DNA from: a virus
Taxonomy: Duplodnaviria > Caudoviricetes
Length of the DNA: 32,930 nucleotides
IMG/VR virus record: IMGVR_UViG_3300032272_000048
Location: 1-32,930 of that record
Strand: one strand, 5' to 3'
Position numbers and translations under genes: made by a program
Notes under the pieces: model-generated
Told to the model about the DNA's origin: nothing
Databases searched by the model: none
Seen by the model: the letters and a program-made list of their open reading frames with translations, nothing else
Shown: positions 18,918-26,058 of the stretch, in pieces
Layout of the letters: every line of letters starts with the position of its first letter
How positions within the stretch are numbered: the first letter of the stretch is position 1

Positions 18918-20101
18918 TACACATCACCTATGATCGGATAACCTGAAGGACCATGGATGTTGGGAGGAGTCTTGTTAAAAATCCTGAAATTATCCTGATC
19001 GAAATATTTAATACCTGAGTGATCCGGCTGCGCTTGATTGTTTTTAAGTGTCATACGATCAATACCCGCCTGTGAATCTGCATTGCCACCGCTAATGTCT
19101 ATATTATTCGCGTCACAAACTAAAATGTCATCGATAAACATTCTTAATGCACCGTCAGTTTGATCGGTATCCATCCGTATATACATCTCGATATCATGGA
19201 ACAAACCGTCAGAGGTTCTACCGAAAAAGTCCGTCCAATCTATGCTGTCTGCTATATTATCGGCTAATTGCCCATTGGTGCTTGTTGCAAACCAAAACCG
19301 ACCTTGCGCGGGTTCTGGTATAATCCATGACCCAGCCGCAGCATAGATATATAACCATTTATCGTAAGCAGGCCCGGTTGCACCATAATCGAAACCGAGC
19401 TCGTAACGCATCTTGTACTTTATCCAAATTTCTTTTTGTAAATTAGTAAATGAAAGTCTGTTGCCAAATGATTGCTGATTAGAGGCTGAACTGCCTATCC
19501 ACATTCTATGGCCATAGTCACCAGAATTGTTAGCCGCTGCCAGGGCTTCGGAATCTTCTTTTGTCGCATCGCCATCAGGCCCACCGACCGTGCCAGAAAC
19601 TGCAATCCAATTAATACTATCCAGATTGTTAGTGTCGCAAGCATCCCCTGAGCATTCAACAGGGTAACCCGCCGCCGCATCGAAATCCGTACCCCATACG
19701 CCATCAGTAAATTCACCGTCATGAGTAAATACAGCGCTGGTTGATACTGCTGACCGAGTAGTATCTGCCTCAACATGACAAAAATGCCGGTAATAATTAG
19801 TTGAGGTGCTTAAACCGAAAACCAGCGACAGATTAAACCCTGATGCTGTTATTGTCTTTGTACTAGTTGTAATAGCCGCGGTGCCTAAATGATCTTCTCC
19901 ATCAATTACTTGTTGTGCAGTCGGGGCCGTTGCTGAAGTCGTGACGACTGAATAAAGAATACCATTTGACCCAGTTGTATCGACCGAATAACCTGTTGGA
20001 TTAGACAAAACTGAAACTACTGTCGGCACAGAAGTACCGCCGCTATATATGCCGCCCCCTTGTGCGACAGGATTATGCGTTTGTGCGATTACTCTACCCA
20101 T
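18917..20101 (-). CDS. Putative FN3-like plus polysaccharide-lyase/ConA-like jelly-roll protein (394 aa)
   Basis: N-terminal LYSVVTTSATAPTAQQVIDG; C-terminal WIKYKMRY..GFDY...KW...FHDIEMYIRM...DGALRMFIDD...YFDQDNF pattern. Confidence 0.55.
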   Translation of the reverse strand: MGRVIAQTHNPVAQGGGIYSGGTSVPTVVSVLSNPTGYSVDTTGSNGILYSVVTTSATAPTAQQVIDGEDHLGTAAITTSTKTITASGFNLSLVFGLSTSTNYYRHFCHVEADTTRSAVSTSAVFTHDGEFTDGVWGTDFDAAAGYPVECSGDACDTNNLDSINWIAVSGTVGGPDGDATKEDSEALAAANNSGDYGHRMWIGSSASNQQSFGNRLSFTNLQKEIWIKYKMRYELGFDYGATGPAYDKWLYIYAAAGSWIIPEPAQGRFWFATSTNGQLADNIADSIDWTDFFGRTSDGLFHDIEMYIRMDTDQTDGALRMFIDDILVCDANNIDISGGNADSQAGIDRMTLKNNQAQPDHSGIKYFDQDNFRIFNKTPPNIHGPSGYPIIGDV

Positions 20102-20116
20102 TAACCAATTCCAACT

Positions 20117-20554
20117 TTACAAAAAAGAAATTTCATCAGTGTCACCATGCATGCGTTTTCGACCGCGAAGCAATCTCTCCATCACTTCTTTGTCACTGTT
20201 GACTTCAACCTTCTCAGCAGCGAATGCGTCAACGAAAACATGTTTAGCGACTAAAGTCAATGCAGTGTTGCTGGCGCTGATGTTTCCCTTTTGGCGTGCG
20301 ATGTAGTGATTATCTACCGCTTCCATCAATACCCACTCAGCATCGATCTGAGAGGCGTCCAGTCGCTGTGATATGACACGCTGAATAGCAGCAGCAACAT
20401 TAGGTTTATCTCGCAGAGTGTAGCCAGTCTCAGCCGCATACCCAGCAGCTTTCGCAGCACGCCGGGCATCCCAATCTTTGGTGTACTCGATGACGAACTG
20501 AGCTTCCTGGTGTGATAGACCAGCTAATTCAGTGATGGTGATTCGAACTGGCAT
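20117..20554 (-). CDS. terS: Terminase small subunit
   Basis: FVIEYTKDWDARRAAKAAGY HTH, IDAEWVL and ALTLVAKH match the Terminase_2-type pattern. Confidence 0.88.
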   Translation of the reverse strand: MPVRITITELAGLSHQEAQFVIEYTKDWDARRAAKAAGYAAETGYTLRDKPNVAAAIQRVISQRLDASQIDAEWVLMEAVDNHYIARQKGNISASNTALTLVAKHVFVDAFAAEKVEVNSDKEVMERLLRGRKRMHGDTDEISFL

Positions 20555-20557
20555 TGA

Positions 20558-20722
20558 TCACCTGAGAAATCGCTTTGGAACAAAAAAGGCGCGTTTGATT
20601 TCATCCTCAGCATTTTTCATCAAAGTTTCAAACTCATTGATACTAGGTTTCAATGTAAACCATTTGATCTTAGGTGGAAACATACAAGGTATGGTTACAT
20701 GTTGTAATTCCTTTTGAGTCAT
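20558..20722 (-). CDS. Hypothetical protein (54 aa)
   Basis: Hand translation MTQKELQHVTIPCMFPPKIKWF...KRFLR with AGGT RBS; fills the gap before terS. Confidence 0.55.
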   Translation of the reverse strand: MTQKELQHVTIPCMFPPKIKWFTLKPSINEFETLMKNAEDEIKRAFFVPKRFLR

Positions 20723-20727
20723 AATGA

Positions 20728-21036
20728 TTACCTGGCAGTGGATGAATCACCGGAGTTTATCACAAGGGTTATGGTTGTCGATAGTTTACGTTTTTCTCTC
20801 AACTTCAAACCGAGTTCACGCATTGTCACAGGTAATGCACCATTGTGAATTGCTAAATCTCGTTTACTCAAACAAATATCAAAATGCTCACGATATGTAC
20901 CTGGTTCCTGTAACCATTTTCTCTTGACACCGGTGGTATCAGCCATTGCTAACAACTCCCATGTGTCATCGGCAATCATGTGACACATTTTCATGCGACC
21001 ATAACTTGCTTTCATATTGTCAATATAAACTGTCAT
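20728..21036 (-). CDS. DUF4031 family protein
   Basis: MTVYID...MCHMIAD...EL.AMA...GVKRKWLQ...HFDI...KR..AI..GA pattern. Confidence 0.85.
   Translation of the reverse strand: MTVYIDNMKASYGRMKMCHMIADDTWELLAMADTTGVKRKWLQEPGTYREHFDICLSKRDLAIHNGALPVTMRELGLKLREKRKLSTTITLVINSGDSSTAR
20754..20781 (-). promoter_or_regulatory. Sigma70-type promoter upstream of the terS operon
   Basis: TCGACA (20781-20776), 16 bp spacer, TAAACT (20759-20754), with an extended TG. Confidence 0.55.
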
Positions 21037-21054
21037 CACCGGATATTATCACAA

Positions 21055-21640
21055 ATTAAATCAACACAGAAATTGTAAGTCACCAATAAAAGTGGTCAAA
21101 AAGTGATCAATAATCAACATTTTCCTCGCAACCAACCTCAGACATACACCCTTCCAAAAACTCCAAGCTGACGGTTAAGACATGTTTAAAATCCCAGCTA
21201 TCAATATTTCGTTCAAGGTTGGTTGTTTGACCAAATTAGCACTATTTCACCAGTTAAATCAATAACTTACTGTCGCTTATATCTATAAAGGGTAGGGTAT
21301 ATGTTTAGTAAGAAAAGGTAATAATATCAGTAACTTATCACATATATCCCAAAGGTATAGGGTGGAGGTGGAACACAGAAAATGTTTATCCTTACAAATC
21401 AATGACTTACAAAGAATTTACAAGGAGAATGTTCCCAATTTACAAGGAAAATGTACACAGAAAATGTTTTACACAAATAATAACCCTACAAAAATAAGTA
21501 GTTTAAAATGACATACACCCTTTAGCGATTTAGGTTGCTTGCGAGATTGGTGTTAATTACAAGGAAAATGTTTATTGACAACTATTAGGGTCTAATGTTA
21601 AGGTGTGCATATCAATTAACAGCAAACCAGCGAGATAAAC
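21055..21640. promoter_or_regulatory. AT-rich non-coding control region (candidate origin or packaging region) with three IHF-consensus sites and direct repeats
   Basis: WATCARNNNNTTR at 21257-21269, 21325-21337 and 21397-21409; TTACAAGGARAATGT three times; ACACAGAAAATGTTT twice; GACATACACCCTT twice. Lies between divergent gene blocks. Confidence 0.65.
21575..21604 (+). promoter_or_regulatory. Sigma70 early promoter
   Basis: TTGACA (21575-21580), 18 bp spacer, TAAGGT (21599-21604), with an extended TG. Confidence 0.65.
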
Positions 21641-21643
21641 GAA

Positions 21644-21751
21644 ATGCCAACAATCTACAGAAATGAGTCCGAAGCTATCAAAACAGGGAAAAAGTATACT
21701 TTTGATAGCGGTAACGGGTATTGGATTGTCTGGGACTACTCAAAGGTTTAA
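21644..21751 (+). CDS. Small early protein (35 aa)
   Basis: MPTIYRNESEAIKTGKKYTFDSGNGYWIVWDYSKV. Its leader CAGCGAGATAAAC resembles CAGCGAGGATAAAC before the next gene. Confidence 0.55.
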   Translation: MPTIYRNESEAIKTGKKYTFDSGNGYWIVWDYSKV

Positions 21752-21802
21752 TTTAGTTAGATTAATCACTTTAAATTAACCAACACAGCGAGGATAAACA
21801 TC

Positions 21803-22357
21803 ATGGAACAAGAAATTTTAAACGAAATACTGGCGAAACATAAATTATGGTTAAACAACGAAGACAACGGTGAACGTGCCAATCTCACCAGTGCCAATCT
21901 CACCAGTGCCAATCTCACCAGTGCCGATCTCACCAATGCCAATCTCACCAATGCCAATCTCACCAATGCCGATCTCACCAATGCCGATCTCACCAGTGCC
22001 AATCTCCGCAGTGCCAATCTCAACAGTGCCGATCTCTTTGGCGCCAATCTCAACAGTGCCGATCTCTTTGGCGCCAATCTCACCAGTGCCAATCTCCGCA
22101 GTGCCAATCTCTTTGGTACCATCGGAAATATGGCAGAATTAAAATCAGGTCAATTTGAGAAATATAGTTTTGCATACACTAACCAGATTTTACAGATAGG
22201 TTGTGAAAATCACACTATTACAGATTGGTGGTCGTTCGACGATAGAACCATCAATGCTATGGATCACGGTGCGCTTAAGTGGTGGAGAGTTTGGAAACCT
22301 ATATTGAAACAGATTATTGAAACTTCACCGGCTGTACCAACTGGTTTGAAATCATGA
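21803..22357 (+). CDS. Pentapeptide repeat protein
   Basis: About 16 A(N/D)Lxx repeats between ILAKHKLWL and LQIGCE...W; GAGG RBS. Confidence 0.93.
   Translation: MEQEILNEILAKHKLWLNNEDNGERANLTSANLTSANLTSADLTNANLTNANLTNADLTNADLTSANLRSANLNSADLFGANLNSADLFGANLTSANLRSANLFGTIGNMAELKSGQFEKYSFAYTNQILQIGCENHTITDWWSFDDRTINAMDHGALKWWRVWKPILKQIIETSPAVPTGLKS
21877..22117 (+). repeat. 15 bp coding tandem repeat (pentapeptide)
   Basis: TGCC(A/G)ATCTC followed by 5 variable bases, in tandem. Confidence 0.9.
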
Positions 22358-22818
22358 ATAAACACGAAAAGTTCATCATCATCGATAACGACGGTGAAGC
22401 CATCAAAGCACACCCCGGCGACACTATGCCGATGTCATTTGACACCTGGAAAGAAGCTGAAGCTAATCGAATGGCTGGTGTCACTGCTGGTGTCTACACC
22501 TGGGATGATAAACAAGGTAACCCCCAGTGCCATGTCAAGCCAATGTCAGTACCCATGCTGATTGCCACTGTTGCTGATGATATGAGAATCAGTGATATTA
22601 TCGTTATTGACCAGGACACTATCTGTATGGATGATGAAGGTACCGTTGGTTGGTCTTATCATAATATTGCTTACGCTTATTTGGATATGGATGATAAATT
22701 GGTGATCAGATCTAATGACGGTTGTAGATCTAATGGTAGTGCTCAACAGCTTGCACGTACAGCCATCGACAACCGCATTGAACAACTGAAACTGAGGTAT
22801 CCAAACAGTGCCGAATAA
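22354..22818 (+). CDS. Hypothetical protein (154 aa)
   Basis: ATGA overlap with the previous gene. Confidence 0.75.
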   Translation: MNKHEKFIIIDNDGEAIKAHPGDTMPMSFDTWKEAEANRMAGVTAGVYTWDDKQGNPQCHVKPMSVPMLIATVADDMRISDIIVIDQDTICMDDEGTVGWSYHNIAYAYLDMDDKLVIRSNDGCRSNGSAQQLARTAIDNRIEQLKLRYPNSAE

Positions 22819-22984
22819 AAAACCATCACCAGGTGCCCAGGCAGTGAAGCGACACTACGACAAACGCAAAGCTGCTGGCCTTCAACATATCAAAGTTTGG
22901 AGTCACCCTGGTGAAGCTGCTGAAGTTCGCCAAACAGCTTCAGAAATGCCACTCACCAAAGCGATATTGGAGAAACTGAAATGA
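22808..22984 (+). CDS. Small basic protein, possible ribbon-helix-helix/antitoxin-like DNA binder (58 aa)
   Basis: GTG start with GAGG RBS; AVKRHYDKRKAAGLQHIKVWSH resembles the R..R..GL....VW pattern. Confidence 0.55.
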   Translation: MPNKKPSPGAQAVKRHYDKRKAAGLQHIKVWSHPGEAAEVRQTASEMPLTKAILEKLK

Positions 22985-23112
22985 AGAAAGTAATCCTGTT
23001 CCTGCTGGTTGTCATCCTGGTTCATCTAATACTCAATGCTGAATGGTTACCTGGTGTATTGTTCTGCTGGGAACATCACGAATATGAATATTATTGCAGG
23101 GTAGGTGAGTAA
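22981..23112 (+). CDS. Small membrane protein (43 aa)
   Basis: MKKVILFLLVVILVHLILNAEW...; GGAG RBS; overlaps both neighbours. Confidence 0.55.
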   Translation: MKKVILFLLVVILVHLILNAEWLPGVLFCWEHHEYEYYCRVGE

Positions 23113-23351
23113 TGCCATACATTCTATATTCGCAAAAGAACAATGGTAATGGTCAACCTGTCAGTGACAAAATACCACACGAAAACCACACCTGGGAGAC
23201 TATGGACGTTGCTAACCTGGAAATGAAAGAGGTGATTCAAGGGCTTCATCGACAGGGTAAAACTGTTCATCATCGAGCTAAGATTGCATTCGCAACCGTG
23301 GTATTAGATCACGGTGATTACATTAACTATTGGGTAAGAAATCATGGGTAG
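23112..23351 (+). CDS. Hypothetical protein (79 aa)
   Basis: TAATG coupling and AGGTGA RBS. Confidence 0.65.
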   Translation: MPYILYSQKNNGNGQPVSDKIPHENHTWETMDVANLEMKEVIQGLHRQGKTVHHRAKIAFATVVLDHGDYINYWVRNHG

Positions 23352-23544
23352 ATACACGCAACAATTGAGCAGAACTAATACGCTGCTGAACGATAAAAAT
23401 TTGAAACTGGAACAGGAAGTTCGGGATTTGAAAATAGCTATAATGAGTTGTTGTTCTGATGAACACATTCTATCTGACCATCATCAGTTAACTGATGATG
23501 ATTTCATTAAACTTTTTATATCCCGATATGGGGGAAAATCATGA
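23344..23544 (+). CDS. Hypothetical protein (66 aa, coiled N-terminus)
   Basis: Overlaps both neighbours in the operon. Confidence 0.6.
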   Translation: MGRYTQQLSRTNTLLNDKNLKLEQEVRDLKIAIMSCCSDEHILSDHHQLTDDDFIKLFISRYGGKS

Positions 23545-23981
23545 TCAAGCAAATTATCAAAGACGCCGATATCCTGGAACAGCCAGTGTCACGTGAACCA
23601 TACACCAAAGAAGCACTGGCCGAAGTGGTCCAGGACCTCAAGGATACGGCCACACACGCCGCAAAGCATCCACCGGGTTGCCTCGGGTTAGCCAGCAATC
23701 AGATCGGGCACCTGAGACTGCCTGTGATCGTTGTACGGCTTCTGGATGAATGGTATGTGATGATCAACCCGGTGGTTACTAAAGCCTACGGTGGTAAGAA
23801 CTGGCAGCGTGAAGCCTGTCTGTCGTTCCCGGGTAAGAACACGAAGATGCAGCGCAATAAGCGTATCAGGGTGAACTACGTCGACGAAGACGGTTGCACG
23901 CACCCTGATGCAATGTTCTCTGGATTTAAAGCAAGGGTCATTCAACATGAGATTGACCATTTAAACGGGATACATATTTAG
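23541..23981 (+). CDS. def: Peptide deformylase (C-terminally minimal, phage type)
   Basis: All three PDF motifs present: LGLASNQIG, EACLS, QHEIDHLNG. Confidence 0.95.
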   Translation: MIKQIIKDADILEQPVSREPYTKEALAEVVQDLKDTATHAAKHPPGCLGLASNQIGHLRLPVIVVRLLDEWYVMINPVVTKAYGGKNWQREACLSFPGKNTKMQRNKRIRVNYVDEDGCTHPDAMFSGFKARVIQHEIDHLNGIHI

Positions 23982-23994
23982 GAGATAGTGAACC

Positions 23995-24114
23995 ATGAAC
24001 ACATTAACAGTGATAGCAATCTACGTCCTGATATCGATAGTAGTCAGCCTCGGTGTTGGTGCATTCATAAAATTTGGCATGGGTGATGACGATGACAACA
24101 ATAGACGGTTGTGA
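23995..24114 (+). CDS. Small single-TM protein (39 aa)
   Basis: AGGAG RBS; MNTLTVIAIYVLISIVVSLGVGAFIKFGMGDDDDNNRRL. Confidence 0.6.
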   Translation: MNTLTVIAIYVLISIVVSLGVGAFIKFGMGDDDDNNRRL

Positions 24115-24280
24115 GAAGTATCAACGCGGCGATCAATGGTTTTGTGATCGATGCAATTTAGTATGGGACATCGATGACCATGAGCCACCTGACTGCCTAC
24201 CTATCGAGAAACCAGATGTCACCGGTGAAAGAGCCTTTGACCAAATTAAACACAACTTAGGATTATTTGATAATGACTGA
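24092..24280 (+). CDS. Small Cys-rich (zinc-ribbon-like) protein
   Basis: C...DQWFCDRCNLVWD..D..PPDC; likely ATG at 24092. Confidence 0.65.
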   Translation: MTTIDGCEKYQRGDQWFCDRCNLVWDIDDHEPPDCLPIEKPDVTGERAFDQIKHNLGLFDND

Positions 24281-24452
24281 ATCAATATTCAACGGTGTGA
24301 AGCCTGAACTCGATACCACGTTCAAAGCTGAAGGTAAGCAATGGGTAGTGGCTAGTATTGCGCCACCGTGTATTGTGGTCGGTCGCCTGGTTGGTATCGG
24401 CACACCCACATCACCAGAACATATAATTACTGTTAGGGAGTCGTTTGAATGA
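24273..24452 (+). CDS. Hypothetical protein
   Basis: Overlapping operon gene; ATG 24273 preferred over the track start 24267. Confidence 0.55.
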   Translation: MTESIFNGVKPELDTTFKAEGKQWVVASIAPPCIVVGRLVGIGTPTSPEHIITVRESFE

Positions 24453-24625
24453 TGAATCTATTAAGTGGAAGTGCTTTTAAAATGGGCAAACATTTGGGTT
24501 TTTGGTTTCGTATTTGTGGTTACGGTTTAGCGGTATCGACAATGACGCCGATGTTTTCAGAGCGCAATGGATATAGGCGAACAGTTCGAATATTTGGCGT
24601 GAAGCTAGAAGCGCTCACACCATAA
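24449..24625 (+). CDS. Hypothetical protein (58 aa)
   Basis: ATGA overlap and GGAG RBS; FWFRICGYGL...FSERNGY; ends just before the terminator. Confidence 0.65.
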   Translation: MMNLLSGSAFKMGKHLGFWFRICGYGLAVSTMTPMFSERNGYRRTVRIFGVKLEALTP

Positions 24626-24629
24626 CCAT

Positions 24630-24664
24630 AAAAAAAACCCGGCACAGTAGCCGGGTTTCATTTT
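24630..24664. terminator. Bidirectional intrinsic terminator
   Basis: Stem AAACCCGGC (24635-24643) / GCCGGGTTT (24650-24658), A-run before and T-rich after, between convergent operons. Confidence 0.88.
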
Positions 24665-24682
24665 GTCGAGTAAGTTCCTAAT

Positions 24683-25009
24683 TTAGCTTTGCCAACCAAC
24701 CTCAAAATAGGCGCGATTGGCAACCAGGGAGAACGGTGACAACTGACGGTTTTCATTTTGCCATTTGTCAACATCAGTATTTCCACTGTGTCCAGGCTGT
24801 GCCGTAACAATTAGATCCAGGTCATCAACAGCGGTGAAAGGCTCGATCGAGACACTCTCAACTAGATCAACACGAATGACTTCAGTGTTCACTGGCACCG
24901 TGGAATCCATCTGCATCACCGGGTTAGAATATCCTGTGTCAATGGCCATGCCTACTGACTGAAACATCAACATTACTGTGAAAAAAAGACTTACAATGAA
25001 TTGCTTCAT
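24683..25009 (-). CDS. Secreted/periplasmic acidic protein with signal peptide
   Basis: GGAGG RBS; MKQFIVSLFFTVMLMFQSVGMA signal-like N-terminus. Confidence 0.7.
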   Translation of the reverse strand: MKQFIVSLFFTVMLMFQSVGMAIDTGYSNPVMQMDSTVPVNTEVIRVDLVESVSIEPFTAVDDLDLIVTAQPGHSGNTDVDKWQNENRQLSPFSLVANRAYFEVGWQS

Positions 25010-25063
25010 TTAACTTACCTCCAGGTTGGGTTTAAAAAATGTACACTTTTTGCTTGACCGATA

Positions 25064-25312
25064 CTATATCAACAAGAAATTTTCTTCAAACTCTTTTTCA
25101 CCCAGGTAAAATTCAAAACCATTATCTCTTAGAATATAATAACCGCCCTGTGCAGGGTTATACGTTTTGATGAAATCATAGCCGATTGGTATCGGTGAAA
25201 GGGCCTGGTTCACTGGATCGATGTAAAAATTACCTTCACCATTGTATTTGATTTCCTTGATCTGCACCGCTGATACAGTCATTTGACATCGGTAGACTGG
25301 TAAATTATTCAT
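25064..25312 (-). CDS. Conserved phage hypothetical protein (82 aa)
   Basis: LPVYRC...V.A..I and P..GGYYI...NG...Y....FEENF pattern seen in small phage proteins. Confidence 0.7.
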   Translation of the reverse strand: MNNLPVYRCQMTVSAVQIKEIKYNGEGNFYIDPVNQALSPIPIGYDFIKTYNPAQGGYYILRDNGFEFYLGEKEFEENFLLI

Positions 25313-25805
25313 GGTTCAATTCCCAAGGTGTCAATATTTGTGATGATTTAACATAAAGAGGGTGTCGAGGATCACCATTTTTAGTTGTTCCCAGGCACAT
25401 TATTTTTGTTGGCGTTTGTTTAAGCAACCTGTGAACGTGTTTAATTCGATTTATCTTCGCATTACCACCCCAAGCAACAATAACAGTTTCATGATCTGAT
25501 ACTATTCTTTTGATCCATTCATCATTATCTGGTCCAACAGGTTCAGAAACTTTCCATAAATCAACCGGTTTAGTTGCTCGATATCCATAAGCATTAACTA
25601 CAACCAGTGAATTGAAACCAAAACCTTTTGCAAAGCTGATACACCGACGAATGGTTGCGTCATCTTTATCAGCATCTGCTGTTGAAGGGTTAAGCATAAT
25701 GAAGACAACACCACATGGGATAAAATTTAATTCGTTTTCAAATTCACGAGTTAACCAATATCGATATTCCCCACAGTCGCTGATTAATGCATTATTCATG
25801 GTCAC
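25305..25805 (-). CDS. DUF1643 family protein
   Basis: ISDCGEYRYWL, FIMLNPSTAD...DDAT, VAWG and G.PRHPLY motifs. Confidence 0.92.
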   Translation of the reverse strand: MTMNNALISDCGEYRYWLTREFENELNFIPCGVVFIMLNPSTADADKDDATIRRCISFAKGFGFNSLVVVNAYGYRATKPVDLWKVSEPVGPDNDEWIKRIVSDHETVIVAWGGNAKINRIKHVHRLLKQTPTKIMCLGTTKNGDPRHPLYVKSSQILTPWELNHE

Positions 25806-25996
25806 CTTTTCAATGATTTAAAATATCGATTGCTTCTTTTACTGACCTTATCTTTTCTCAAAGTAGTCAGATGCCACTTGTCACAATGATTACATTTATA
25901 CACTTTCATTTTCCTTAGATTTTTATTACCAACAGCAAGCAACTTGATATCAGCTTTCGCGTCTTCTTCACTGTTGTATGTCATCTTGTTGCACAT
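25802..25996 (-). CDS. Small basic zinc-finger-like protein
   Basis: C.K..Y...A and VYKCNHCDKWHLT motifs. Confidence 0.75.
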   Translation of the reverse strand: MCNKMTYNSEEDAKADIKLLAVGNKNLRKMKVYKCNHCDKWHLTTLRKDKVSKRSNRYFKSLKR

Positions 25997-26058
25997 TATT
26001 TTGTCCAGTTAATCCGGGAATTACTTTGTTATCGGGCCGATGTCCTGTTAGTTATAGT

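Noticed and set aside
20755-20774. GTTTATC-ACAAGG-GTTATGG resembles the right half of the attC-like site at 26345-26364
   Set aside because: There is no matching TAAC left arm, and the sequence is better explained by the promoter and direct repeat there.
21055-21640. tRNA or other RNA gene in the large intergenic region
   Set aside because: No cloverleaf or T-loop signature was found by eye. The region is AT-rich with protein-site-like repeats.
21766-22142. Alternative-frame ORFs over the pentapeptide repeat
   Set aside because: They are stop-free only because of the 15 bp repeat. The 21803-22357 frame has an RBS and family motifs.
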